Shown piece after piece: positions 32,839 to 45,634 of a stretch of DNA of 64,000 nucleotides (positions are counted from its first letter, which is position 1; each line of letters begins with the position of its first letter). A model generated the notes under the pieces. The model saw nothing but the letters and a program-made list of their open reading frames with translations, did not search any database and was not told the origin of the DNA. The DNA is from Nitrospirota bacterium. GTDB lineage: Bacteria > Nitrospirota > Nitrospiria > Nitrospirales > Nitrospiraceae. The stretch covers positions 161,403 through 225,402 of the forward strand of contig CAVPGK010000006.1 of assembly GCA_963703955.1 (NCBI GenBank), given 5' to 3'. The position numbers and the translations under genes are program-made.

Positions 32839-33285
32839 TCATTGTGAGGGCGGCATGAAATGCCGAGAACACTTCTCCCATAACAAATTGATGTCCAGCG
32901 GTTTCAGGATGCAGTCGCGTGCGCCCTTTCTCATCATGTCTTCAAACCAGTCTATCCGCTCGATCTGCGACAAGACGGTCATGACGATCACGGGAATGTC
33001 GGCGTGCCGTTTCTGCAATTTCCGAAACACCATCGTGCCGTTGAACCCGGGCATCTTCCAATTCAGAAGGATGCCGTCAATCTGACATCCCTTCGACGCG
33101 TGGCTTTCGATCAGAGCCAGACCATCATGGCCGCTGCCGGCTGCGACCACATCAAACCCCATGGACTGCAGCAGATCGTGTAATATTGTTCTGGTATCGA
33201 GATCGTCGTCGATCACCAGGATAAGACGGCGTTGAGCCGACGCTCCAGACACCACCGGGGTTGCTTTTTCCTGTTCACATGCCAT
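32839..33285 (-). CDS. Atypical receiver-domain protein (Asp to Asn at the phosphoacceptor)
   Basis: ILVIDDD, GILLNWKMP, VIVMT, ILKP. Confidence 0.85.
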   Translation of the reverse strand: MACEQEKATPVVSGASAQRRLILVIDDDLDTRTILHDLLQSMGFDVVAAGSGHDGLALIESHASKGCQIDGILLNWKMPGFNGTMVFRKLQKRHADIPVIVMTVLSQIERIDWFEDMMRKGARDCILKPLDINLLWEKCSRHFMPPSQ

Positions 33286-33427
33286 TGCGACTCAAAGACC
33301 GCCGGATCTCTGCAGCGCCTTATATCGTGAGATTCAGCAGGTGACAATCTGTCAAAAGAGGAGGCCTGCTCTTCCGGCATCAGAAGAGGTACGTATCAAC
33401 TCACACTTTTTTTTCACCAGTCGAGCG

Positions 33428-33863
33428 CTAGGCGAGCTCAACTATCTCTCGATGTGAGAGTGGCATGAAATGGCGAGAACACTTCTCCCATAACAAATTG
33501 ATATCCAACGGCTTCAGGATGCAGTCGCGCGCGCCCCTTCTCATCATGTCTTCAAACCAGTCTAACCGCTCGAGCTGCGACAAGGCGGTCATGACGATCA
33601 CGGGGATTTCGGCGTGCTGTTCCTGTAATTTCTGAAGTACCGTGCCGTCGGAGCCCGGGCATCTTCCAGTTCAGAAGGATGCCGTCAATCTGACATCCCT
33701 TCGACACGTGATCTCCGATGAGAGCCAGGCCATGATGGCCGCTGCCGGCTGCCACCACATCAAACCCCCTGGCCTGCAGCCGATCGCGCAACACTTCCCG
33801 AATATCGAAATCATCGTCGATCACGAGGATACGTTGACGCTGAGCGGACGTTTCAGACGACAT
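33428..33863 (-). pseudogene. Tandem duplicate of the atypical receiver gene, frameshifted
   Basis: Close DNA similarity to 32839-33285; frameshift near 33650. Confidence 0.75.
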
Positions 33864-34006
33864 TATAAAAACCTCTCTTTCCTGTTCATGTGGCGTGTGC
33901 GGCGCAAAGACCGCCAGACGTATGCAACCTCATATACAGATCGATTCAGCAGGTGACAATCTGCCAAAAAAGGATGTATCCTCTTCCGGCATAAGGAGTA
34001 CTAAGG

Positions 34007-34840
34007 ATGGACTCCAATTCCTTACGGGTTTCAAGAGCGAAGCGAGGCGTTCAGCCTGTCTCCCGATTGAAGGATGATCGAATGGGGCGTGTCCTTTCCT
34101 CTCAGGATGCGGCCTCTCTTCAGGAGCTGAAGGCCTCTGCGTTTCGCTGTCATTCTCCGAAGCAATTTCGCACGCTCCTCGATTCGCTGCAGACGGTTCT
34201 CCCTTACCAGAACCTCGCCTGTGGATGGGGGTACCAAGCGAGTGGGGCGATCGGCTTTTTCTATAACCACAGCTATCCCCGCGAGTTTACGCGCTGGTAT
34301 CTCTCGAAAGGCATGCTTAGGGATGGTCCGGTCTTTCACGAATGGCTACGGACGAACAAAGCCCAAGTCACGGTCGATGTCATGAGGCGGATGGCCATCC
34401 AATTTGATCCCGAACTTCTGGAGCGAGTCGAACGACTGAATCTGCAATATACATTCGGGGGAGGTCTCCTCACCGAGGACCACTGGGTCTTTTTTGCGGT
34501 GAACATGGCCTCCGAGCAGAGCTGCCGCACCTACCTGAAGCGATTTCAGGTGCTCGTTCCTTTGCTGTGCCAGGCCCTCACGCGTGCCTGCCCTCGGCCA
34601 CTTCTCACGAAGCGGGAAACCGCCATCCTGGAACGTCGCTCAATGGGAGAGCTCATCAAGCAGATCGCCGCGGCGCAGGGGATCAGCGACCGCACAGTCA
34701 GGATGCACTTGCAGCGCATCAAGAAGAAGCTGTACACCGATGACCTCGTGAATGCCGTCGTGATTGCAGTGCAAAGCGGGATGCTTGATCAGACATGGAA
34801 GGAGTGGCGCTGGCAGAGTGAGAGCGTATCGAGCCGCTGA
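34007..34840 (+). CDS. LuxR-family regulator with autoinducer-binding-like domain (LuxR solo)
   Basis: YPREFTRWY..DGPVF domain; HTH nearly identical to 21384-22178; no luxI in the window. Confidence 0.88.
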   Translation: MDSNSLRVSRAKRGVQPVSRLKDDRMGRVLSSQDAASLQELKASAFRCHSPKQFRTLLDSLQTVLPYQNLACGWGYQASGAIGFFYNHSYPREFTRWYLSKGMLRDGPVFHEWLRTNKAQVTVDVMRRMAIQFDPELLERVERLNLQYTFGGGLLTEDHWVFFAVNMASEQSCRTYLKRFQVLVPLLCQALTRACPRPLLTKRETAILERRSMGELIKQIAAAQGISDRTVRMHLQRIKKKLYTDDLVNAVVIAVQSGMLDQTWKEWRWQSESVSSR

Positions 34841-34907
34841 CGTTGGCAAATCGAGACGCACCGTCGAGCGTTTATGACCAATTGTTTGGATCTGGGACAG
34901 TTCCTGT

Positions 34908-37900
34908 TTACTGCCAGCTCGCGGCCAGGATGACCTCCACGTCCTGCGGACGTTGCGCGACCGCTTGATCCCAGGTCAGTCCCGTCTGCGTGCTGAACGT
35001 GGCCATGGCCTGAATTAATTGCTGGACTTGCGTATTCAAGAGTCGTTGGCCGTTGCCGGCTTGAAGTATTTCCGTATGGCCTGCGCTGCCGCCATACCAG
35101 TTCTGGATAGTGACCTGATCGCTTGTCCCATAGATCGCAATCCGCAGATCATTCGCCTGTTGACTGATGATGAGGTCCAATGGATTGACGGTGTCCCCAA
35201 ACAGCAGCCTATCGGAGTTTCCGGCTGTGCTGTCATTCTCAGAAATCTTGTCCTGCCCATCGCCGCGATTGAAGAGGTAACTGTCGTTGCCGGCGCCGCC
35301 TTTGAGTGTATCGTTGCCGATCCCGCCTGTTAGAGTATTGGCTCCGCTATTGCCCGTTACTGTATTGTTGAGCGCGTTGCCGGTGCCATTGATAGCTGCA
35401 TGACCGGTCAACGTTAAATTCTCCACATTGTCGCTGAGCGTAAAGTTTACCGAGCTCTTGACCGTATCGGTCCCTTCCCCCGCCGCTTCAATGACGGTAT
35501 CGCCTTCGCCGATAACATAGGTATCGTTCCCGGCTCCGCCGCTCAGTACGTTGGCTGCGCCATTGCCGGTCAGCACATTGTTGAGCGCGTTGCCGGTGCC
35601 GTTGATCGCGGTAGTTCCTGTCAGCGTCAGATTTTCGACATTGGTCCCGAGTGTGTAACTGATCGAACTCTGAACAGTATCGGTCCCCTCGTTGACTGCT
35701 TCCGTCACCATATCCCCGACATCGTCGACACTATACGTGTCATTGCCCATGCCACCCACCAAGGTGTCCGCCCCGAAGCCGCCGTTGAGCGTATCGGTAT
35801 CTTCTCCGCCAACGAGGGTATCGGTCCCAGCTCCACCAAACAAATTATCGTTGCCGGCTCCCCCAACAAGGACGTCATTCCCACTGCTGGCCCAAATGAC
35901 ATCATTGCCGTTTTCCCCATCAATCATCACATCGCCATAGGCGTACAGGTTGCTGGTGAAGTCGATGATATCGTTACCATCACCGGTTTGGATGCGCTCG
36001 ATCCCTGAAAGCCGCGCACCGGCCGCGCCGGGTGATGCGCTAAAGGAGTCATCCAGCGCAATCGCATCGTCGCCAGTCGTTCCAAGCAGCGTATCCATCC
36101 CGCCGTCACCATGAAAGACGTCAAATGAACGAGTTTTACCTACCAGTGAAACGGTCTGGTTCGTGCCTGCTTGGCCCGGGCTGCCAACATTCTTCACCAC
36201 AAAGCCAGAGGTCCACACTGCGTCGGTCGAAAGCTGGAAGCGGTCATCTCCCGAACCGCCGGTCAGCGAGTCTGCGCCGGTGCCTCCGAAGAGGATATCG
36301 GCTCCGTCCCCACCGTCGAGGACGTTCGTGACGCCATTTCCACTCAGTAGATTGTCAAGCTCATTGCCGGTGCCGTTGATGGCCGCACTGCCGGTCAACG
36401 TCAGATTCTCCACGTGTGCGCCTAAGGTCAAGGTCACCGCACTCCGGACCGTGTCGGCGCCTTCGTTGGAAAATTCCGTTACCAGGTCACCGGGATTATC
36501 TATGACATAGGTATCATCTCCACTCCCCCCAGTGAGCATATCGGCGCCCGCCCCGCCATCCAATACATTGGATGCCACGTTGCCGTTCAGCACATTGTTC
36601 AGGGCGTTACCTGTTCCATCAATGGCAACATTTCCGGTGAGCGTGAGATGCTCGATGTTCGCGCTCAAGCTATAAGTCACACTACTCTTGACCGTGTCTG
36701 TGCCTTCATTGACTCCTTCTGTCACGGTATCGCCGGCATCGTCAATCACATAAGAATCATCGCCCGCGCCGCCAGACAGAGCATCAGCCCCAGTGCCACC
36801 ATCCAGCACATCGTCACCGGCGCCGGACTCAATACTATCGTTCCCAGACAAGCCGGCAATGCGGTCGACCGCGTCGGTACCCGCGATCGTATCGTCGCCG
36901 GTCGTCCCGCTCAATTCAAAGCCACGATCGATCAATTGGCTGTACGTCAGTGTTGTCCCGTCAGCAAAGTGGAACGCGTCAACGGCGTGCGGACCATACG
37001 TATTGGTAGGATCAAAGGTTTGCAGATGAATGGCATCGCCTGCCGTGCCAACCTGAATCAGCAGGGAGCCTACTCCCAGACTGAGTGACTGCGGCGTAAT
37101 ACCGGCGCCGAAGGTCAGGGCATTCGGTTCACCGGGGGCCGCGGTATCGACGATCGTGTCAACGGCATCGCCCAGGTTGAAGACATACATGTCATCGCCA
37201 GTTCCGCCGATCAATGTATCAGTGCCTGTCCCTCCGGCAAGCGTATCATTGCCCGCGCCGGTGTCCACGACGTCATTGCCGCCCTTGGCATCAATGACCT
37301 GATCGCCCGCGCCGGTCGTGATAACATCATCGTCCTCGGTAACACGGGGACCAAGCAAGCTTGTGAGACTCACCTGACTGCCGTCTGAAAATTCCAACTT
37401 CTCCACCACCACAGAGCCATTCGTCTCGGTCAGATCGAAATTGCGGAGCTGTACGGCACCTCCATCTGTCCCGATCGTGATCGTCAACGTACTCTGATCC
37501 TGCATCAGGCTCAGATCATTCCGAGTGATCCCAACGCCAAACTGCAGTCGATTCCCTTCCCCGACCGCCGCCGCATCCTCAATCGTGTCTACTCCATCAC
37601 CTGCATTGAACACATAGGTGTCGTCACCTTGGCCTCCGATGAGAAGGTCATTACCACGTCCACCATTCAAGGTATCCGCTCCCACACCTCCACTGATACG
37701 ATCATTTCCATCGAATCCCGAGAATCGGTCTCTCGCATTCGACCCGGTGAGAGTATCGTCTTCATTCGTCCCTGGTAAATCGAACCCCAAGTCGATCAAT
37801 TGGCTGTAAGTGAAGACCCGGTCAGTAAATTCAAATGTGTCGATTCCGGCATTGCGATACGCATCGTTGGGGTCGAAGTTCTCAATATGAATCTCATCTC

Positions 37901-40900
37901 CCGGATTCCCGTATCGGATCAGCAGAGAGCCAAACTCCAAGCTCGGATGGTAGCTGTTGTAACTCCCGGCAAATTGGACCGTGTTCTGCCCAGGCAAATT
38001 CGTGACAGGGATTCGAATGGTATCTCTCCCGCTCCCGGGTTGAAATACGAATGTATTGTTTCTCTCTCCACCCACCAGCAGATCCTGGCCGGGTCCACCG
38101 TAAAAGCGATTACTGTCTGACCCACCGACAAGCGTATCGTTGCCACTCCCTCCGACTAGATTATTGTTACCCGAACCGCCCGTAATCGTGTCATTGCCGG
38201 CTCCGCCGAGCAGAGTGCTGTCACCAGACCCACCCGCAATGAATTGATCTCCCGAGTTGACGAGCGTGTCAATTAGGTTGTCGACGTTGATGGTTAGGCC
38301 ATCCGAAAACTGCAAGGTCCGCACGCCTAACTGCTCATCAATGTAGGAGCCGAGAGCAATGGCATCGCCGTTTCCCCCGACGGTTACGACCAAATTCCCA
38401 TCTTGATCTGTGGCTTCGATTTCTCCGATCGTGATACCGGTCCCGAAGATAATTCGATTATTGACAATGTGTTGTCCATTTTCGTCTGAAATGCTTTCAA
38501 ACTCCTCTGAGATTTCATCCAAACCATCTCCTGCGTTAAATAAGAAGGTGTCTTCTCCTGAACCCCCTGTGAGGACATCATGGCCTGGCCCACCCATCAG
38601 GGTATCGTTTCCTGCATCTCCGCTGAGACTATCGTCTCCTTCCAATCCGAAGATCTGGTCCGCTGCAAACGTCCCGAACAGTTCGCCATCACTTTCTGCT
38701 GTCCCACGGATTTCGATCCCTTGCTGAAGGAGCTGGTTAAAGGAAAGCACTCTGCCGTCAGCAAACTGAAATTGCTCAATGGTATGAGCGGCCGTCGGTT
38801 CATAGGGAACAAATCCCAGCAAATGCAGTACATCGTCTCCGTCCCCCACATGGAGCGAGAGCACCCCTTCGTTGGCCGTTCCGCCGTATTGCCAGTGAAG
38901 CATCTGAGGATCAATACCCGATCCAAACACCACGAAATTGTCTTGACCAGGTTGAGAGATGTCATCAATGAGGTCCGCTCCATCACCAAGTTGAAATCTG
39001 TATGTGTCCTGTCCGGCTCCACCGCTGAGGATATCATCGCCAGGCCCGGCTTCGATAACATCATTGCCTTCCCCGGCCTTAACAAAATCCACATGGGATG
39101 TGCCCTGAAGAACATCATTCCCGCCTGTTCCCAGTATGGGATTCATCAGATCGACCAACTTTGCCCTGACACCGCCAGTCACATCCTGGATCCCTCCACT
39201 AAACGAAACAGTCTCGACCACCATTGTGCCGGTCTGGTTGGTGGGATCGAAATTCGCAAGAATCAGCCCATCACCGGCGGTTCCAACGGAAATCAATAAA
39301 CCAGTGGGGGTGTGAGCGAACGACAGATCGCTCGGTCGAATAGAGCTCCCGAATTGAATCCGATTGTCTGCGCCAGGAAGCGATACGTCATGAATCGTAT
39401 CGAGACCGTTATTGAAATTCTCGACGTAGTAGGTGTCATCACCCGGCCCACCGCTGAGATCATCGTTGCCGCCACCGCCGCCCCACAGGGTATCGTTTCC
39501 ACCCCCACCCTGAAGCAGATTGTCGTGAAGATTGCCGCTCAGCTGATTGTCACCATCGTTTCCCATCCCGACAAGCGGCATCGCCCCAAAGTCTTCAAAC
39601 GGATTTAATTGCAGATCCTCGACATTGTCCCGAAGCGCATAATCCACGAAGCTGGTCACCCGATCCCTGCCTTCGCCCGACGCTTCAGTGACAACATCCC
39701 CAGGATTGTCCACAACGTACTCATCGTTGCCTGCGCCGCCCAGCATCACATCTGCTCCGGCGCGCCCGTCAAGGAAATCATGGCCTCTACGACCCGTGAG
39801 GACATCGGGAAGGACCGTACCGGTGAGGACCTGTCCACGGTCGGAAGCCGCTATCACGTGTATGCCGTCGGCATTGTTCAGCAGGGCTGCCATGTCCCAA
39901 ACGGTGCCATCGGCGAACGCAATCTGCTCGACTTGTGCGCTGTCATCGCTCAAGAAAGATCGCATGGTAAGTTCATCGCCGGTGCCATTGATGCTCAATA
40001 CGAGGTCAATATCATTTTCACCAGCCACGCGAGCTTTCAAGGCGATGTCGTCCGGTGCCACACCGGCCGCCAGTTGAATGATGTCGAGATCCGCGCCGGT
40101 AAAATCTTGCTCAACAATCGTGTCCCTACCAAATCCTTGACCAAACAGGTAGGTGTCACCACCTCGACCCCCGATCAACAGATCATTTCCGGTTCCGCCG
40201 TTCATCACATCATGGCCGAGCCCTCCATCCAAGCTGTCGTTCCCGTCTCCTCCTTCCAACCGATCGTTGCCTTCATATCCAAACAACAGGTCGTTGCCGC
40301 CACGGCCTTCAACTGCATTGTCCGATACCATTCCCTGTGGCCCTTTGATGATGTTGTCCTGTGCATTGCCCTGAAGGAAGCCGGCTCCGGTATCACCGAA
40401 GACATCGGATGACGTGGCAACAAGATTCTCAACGTTGTCGGGTAGGGTGAAATTTGCGGCTGTCAGGACCGTATCAAGCCCTTCTCCCTCGAACTCAAGG
40501 ATCTGATCTGTGCCCTGATTCACGATATAGGTATCATCGCCTGCGCCACCCTCGAGGCGATTCACCCCATTCGTGAACCCATGGAGGACATCATCTCCCC
40601 CAGTCCCTCGAAAATCAAAGCCACGGGCAATGAGCTGGCTGTAACTCAGCACCGTGCCGTCGGCAAACTGAAAGGTCTCGATGGCATGGGGTCCCAGGAC
40701 GTTGTTCGAGTCGAAGGTTCCTAATTCGACCGTATCGCCGTTTGTTCCAACTCGAAGCAGCAGCCCTGAGCCTACCCCCAGCTTAACGGTATCCGGAGTA
40801 ATACCGGCTCCAAAGATGAGGCTATTGCCTGCGCCCCCTGTCGCCGTATCGATCACAAAGTCAACCCCATCGCCAAGATTGAACGCGTAGGCGTCGTCGC

Positions 40901-43900
40901 CTTGGCCGCCAATCAGCGTGTCATCTCCAATGCCGCCATCAAGAACATCATTCCCTGCGTTCCCTTGGAGATAATCGATGCCATCGTTCCCGCGGAGGGT
41001 ATCGGCTCCGTCATCGCCGAACAACGTATCGTTGCCCGCCTCACCTGCTAACAGATCATCTCCCACACCACCCTGCAATTCATCGTTCCCCTCGCCACCG
41101 AAGAGCGTATCCACGCCATCCTCGCCGAACAGCACATCATTCCCGCGGCCGCCATCAAGGAGATCATCCCCCAGACCTCCCTGTAGTTGATCGGCGCCAT
41201 CCTCCCCCAACAGCGTATCTGCTCCGCCATCGCCAAGGAGCAAATCGTGCTCACTCCCTCCGCTCAGAACGTCATCGCCTTCACCGCCATTCAGTTCATC
41301 GGCGCCGTCTTCTCCATCGAGAATGTCGTCGCCACCTTGGCCGAACAACCGATCGGTGTCCGTTCCGCCGACAAGCACATCATCTCCCTCGCCCCCTTGC
41401 AGTTCATCCCCGCCGCCGCCGCCGTCCAGAAAGTCCTGACCGTCCTGGCCCAGCAACAGATCATTCTCCGTGCCTCCGACCAGCACATCATCCCCGCCGC
41501 CGCCGTGTAATTGATCTGCCCCTGCGCCGCCGTCGAGCGTGTCATTGGCTCCCACGGCGTTGGCGAAGTCTCCAACCAACAGATCGTTGCCAGTGCCGCC
41601 AAAGAGGGCATCCGTCGCCCCGCCGCCATACAGCAGATCATCCCCGCTTCCACCGTCTAACCAGTCGGCGCCCGTCACCACATCGCCAAGACTCTGATCA
41701 TCGCCATAAAGTTGATCATTTCCGGCTCCACCCAGAAGAATGTCCTCGCCGCCGTCGCCTTGGAGATAGTCGTTTCCCTCACCGCCATCGAGGTAATCAG
41801 TCGCGCCGGCGGGACTAAAGAAAGCCGGGGCCCCGGTTGGAGTGGTCACGACTTGGCCAGTTAACGCCGTATGGACTCTCTGTGGCCCAGACGGCACGTT
41901 ATCGCCATAGAGCCGGTCATCGCCGCTCCCGCCTAGAAGATGATCATCGCCCAGCCCGCCCCAGAGCGTATCGTTGCCTATGCCGCCATCCAGATAGTCC
42001 TGCCCCACGGGGCGTGTTGGCTCACCCGCATCGTCATCGCCCAACAGCCAGTCCTCACCCACTCCGCCCAGCAGAATGTCATTACCACCAGTCCCCTCGA
42101 GGGTATCATCGCCATCACCCCCATCGAGGGAATCGTCGCCGTCCGTTTGCCCTCGGGTATCCCCTACGAGAAAATCCAGGCCGACCCCGCCGGTGAGTAC
42201 ATCATCCCCACCCCCGCCATTGATCAGATCGTTGCCGTCCTCCCCAGAGACGCGGTCCTGCCCCGCGCCGCCGAGCAGCCAATCATGCCCTGCATCTCCA
42301 TGGATCTGGTGATTAAAAAGCGCAGCGCTGGTCGAAAGGTCTAAGAGATCGTTGCCGCCAAAGCCATGCACGATGTGGTTTAGCGGCGCACCAAAGGTGG
42401 GCTGGTTATCCGTCTCATCGCCATCGTAGGTAATAAAGTCCACACCGTTCTCATAGTTAATCGTGGGCGGCGCGCCCGTGGAAGCCCCAGAGGTATCGGC
42501 CAGGTGAATGCCAAGGTCCCCATCAACGAAGTTCTGGATCGTCAACCCACCGTTGACAATCAGATTGTTATTGTTCGCAACATAGGTGAACTGACCATCC
42601 GCACTTGTGTAGGTATTGGCCGGGGCGCCGGCCTGATGAATGCCGCCCTGCAAGATTTGATTGTCGAACCGGATCGATCCGTTGCGGTCAGCATCGTCGA
42701 TCACATCCTGCCCTTGATTTGTTCGGTAGTAATAACGATCGACTCCGGCCCCGCCGCGCAAAGTGTCATCGTCCAGGCCCCCATCGAGGGTGTCGTTGCC
42801 GTCGCCACCGTCGAGCACATCTATGCCGTGTTGACCCAGCAGAATGTCGTTATTCCACCGCTCCGAACAATTGATCATCATTCCCGGCGTTGCCTTCGAT
42901 GTAGTCATTGCCCGCCTGTCCCTCGAGCACATCGTTGCCGGCTCCGCCATAGACATGATCGCTGCCGGACCGCCCCAAGAACTCTCGCCCCTGGCCATCT
43001 CCGAAAATCACTGCCTGGGTGGCCGTCGCCCCGTCAGACCGTTGGTGAACCCAGTCGGTTCATCGACATTAATGTTGCGCGCGCCAAGTTGCCATCCGTC
43101 TGACCAAAGGTCAACTTCTCCGCGAACAGCTCCGCTCGATCACTCAACGCCACCAGCGTCCAAGTCCCCTGGCCTGTGCCTACATCGTAGAGTTCGAGCG
43201 AGCCGTTCTGATTGTGTAGTGTCTGATAATCCACCCCCTGGATCACAAATGGATTAAGCTCTTTCAGAGCATATCGATGGGCCAGGCCGTCTGGGGTTGA
43301 AGCCTTTGCCTGGCTGAACACATTACTAGACGACTCTCCGATTAAGCTGTCGATGCGATAGGGGGAAACCGAACCAGTAGGGAGACTGTTGCGGACCTCG
43401 ATGAGATTCGAATAGTAGGCCTCGCGATTTCCGAAGGGCGTCGTTTGCGCATCGGGACCCTGCAGGGCTTTAGCCAGGGCATCCAACGTCCTTTCTAGGC
43501 TTTCCCCTGCATCGGTCGATGTTGCTTCGAGAATATTGCTGACCGTGGGAAGATCGTGCTCGAGGTTGGAATCTATCTTGGCGAAGAGATCATATAACGC
43601 GAGGGCATCCATCGCTGTTTCGATGGAGTGGTTGTGCAGAAATGCCAGCGGGCCCGTTTCCGATTCTATATAGATGTTAACTGCTGTCCCGATTTGCGTA
43701 CCAAATTCTGTGGCGGCGGAGAACCCATTCTTGCTGACGATGTTAGTAACCAGACTTGAGGGAATCGTGGTATCGCCCACTCCGAGTCGCTGCAGTGCAT
43801 CTACGATAATGCCACCCGTGCCTGGTGTGTTGTACGTGTACGTATGGGCTACGTTGACGGCATGATCGACGGTGAAAGCTTGAGCAAGATAACCACCTAG

Positions 43901-44314
43901 GGAATGTCCCGTCACATTCATCAGTTCATTTGCGCCAAGTCTACCTTGGGCAACGAGTTGCAGATAATAATTCTTCAAGGATATGTATTGCGGGTTGAGT
44001 ATATCCGCCTCACCCGTGAGGATTAGGCCATCAATTGCAATATCTATTAGACTATCTGTCCCGCGAATCGCCATAGTGTTTTCACTGCTTGCATTCCTTT
44101 GAAACAGGGTCACTGACAACCCAGTGTGAGCATCAGTGAAGGTATCTGCGGCAATGCGATATGTTGCTACAAACTGGCTTGCGAGGGCGTCGGTGAACCC
44201 TTTCTCAAGCAGCTCAGCCCTATATTGATCATTTGACATGCTGACCGACAAATTCGCATAGGCAGCCAGCGAGAGTTGCGCATTCTCGAAATACGTGCTA
44301 ATTGGGGTTGGCAC
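34908..44314 (-). CDS. Giant RTX calcium-binding exoprotein with N-terminal lipase-like (GHSLGG) domain; frameshifted at ~42850-43090
   Basis: RGTD and VTGHSLGG in 43034-44314; dozens of GGxGxD nonapeptides and IEQFQFADG haemolysin-type domains; C-terminal QQLIQAMATF...AASWQ of T1SS-signal type; GGAGG RBS before GTG 44314. Confidence 0.88.
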
Positions 44315-44327
44315 GTCAATTACCTCC

Positions 44328-44850
44328 CTACGGAATATCCGATTTTTGTTTCAGCGCTTCTTTCCACTTCTGAGCATGAACGGGGTAGGAAGGACATACG
44401 GTTGATTCACCTTGAGGCAAGAAGCTAGCGATGAGCCAACCACCGTGATATCGGAGGTCTGTTGCGGTTGCGAGTAACTCTCCACTCTCGTTGTCCTGAA
44501 TCGAGCTTTCGATCTTTGCAATATGGAAAATGCTTGAGAATTTCCTGTCAACTTTCATCTGACTCTTGAAACGTTGAGAAAGCCTTTCCTCATCTGGTGC
44601 ACCATCGGATTTGAAGTAGGTTTTTGTCCACTTCCACTGTCTTGAACACCCTAATCCCCGCCTCTTTTTCGCACAAGCGGTGAAAATACAGCCGTCCCGG
44701 AAGAATGTCCCACGACGGAATCAATATGAAAACTGCGACCGTGAGATATTTCGCAATCGTGCTGCCGGTATATTTCTTTACAAGATAGACCGCAAGCCAT
44801 GCCAGGAGGATATAGAGCATCAGAGCGATTAAAAGGTACAACGCAATCAC
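44328..44850 (-). CDS. Membrane-anchored partner protein of the RTX lipase (frameshifted ~44600)
   Basis: Two TM helices then IPSWDILPGRLYFHRLCEKEAG..Y..GGWL..CP; ends 13 bp before the RTX start. Confidence 0.6.
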
Positions 44851-45125
44851 CTACACCGCCTTTCTCATGAACAAAACTAGATGCTTTCCGTGCGCCCCAT
44901 ACAGCGTCCTCGACAAGGTGCCGCCGTCCAGAAAGTCCCAGCTGTTCTGGTCAGGCAAGGAGGTCATCATTCCTTCCTCCCACCAGCACATCGTTCGCCG
45001 CCTCCACCGAACAGTAGATCATCCGCCAAGCCACAAGCGACTTGATTCATACTTGGTACACACGATCTCAGCCGGTACTCTAAGATGCGCATGTCACCCA
45101 CACGTGATGACTACCAGAAATTACC

Positions 45126-45458
45126 TCATGGCTTGGCTTCTGTCTTTGGGCGCAAGCCTAGCAGCACCTGCTGCAACTGCTGTTGGAGGCGCTGGACCAC
45201 ATCCAACCCCATCGCCACGCGCACACCCAGTCTACCTTCCACGCTCTTGGGGAAAGGTTGAGCATTCTGGGCAGCACGGGCGACCAGCGCCAGCGCCTTG
45301 GGTTCAATAAACCCACAGTCCAGATAGGCAATACCCTGGGCGACCGCTACGTTCGTATAGTTGGCTGATACCGGTTGGTCGGAATGATTGACCGGAGTCA
45401 GTTTTACATTTACCGCCACAACCTTCTTCGACTTGTTCCCCTTTTCCTCTGGCATCAT
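45126..45458 (-). CDS. DUF3467-like hypothetical protein
   Basis: ANYTNV...YLDCGF...VRVAM pattern; AAGGAG RBS. Confidence 0.6.
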   Translation of the reverse strand: MMPEEKGNKSKKVVAVNVKLTPVNHSDQPVSANYTNVAVAQGIAYLDCGFIEPKALALVARAAQNAQPFPKSVEGRLGVRVAMGLDVVQRLQQQLQQVLLGLRPKTEAKP

Positions 45459-45634
45459 TTCGCTCCTTCGTGGTTAGACCGTTTCTTCATGTGCGATTGA
45501 CCAAATGGAACAAGAGACACCTAGACTGATAGAGAATCAGTATGCTGAAGGGCCTGGTGAAGAGACCGAAGCGCGATGAGGTTGGTTACTTCCTCACTCT
45601 GTCCCTGGGATGGTAGCGAACATGACCACGTTTG

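Noticed and set aside
34908..42998. Many long + strand ORFs and periodic repeats
   Set aside because: Antisense shadows and coding repeats of the RTX gene. The same applies to shadows over the FHA and core genes.
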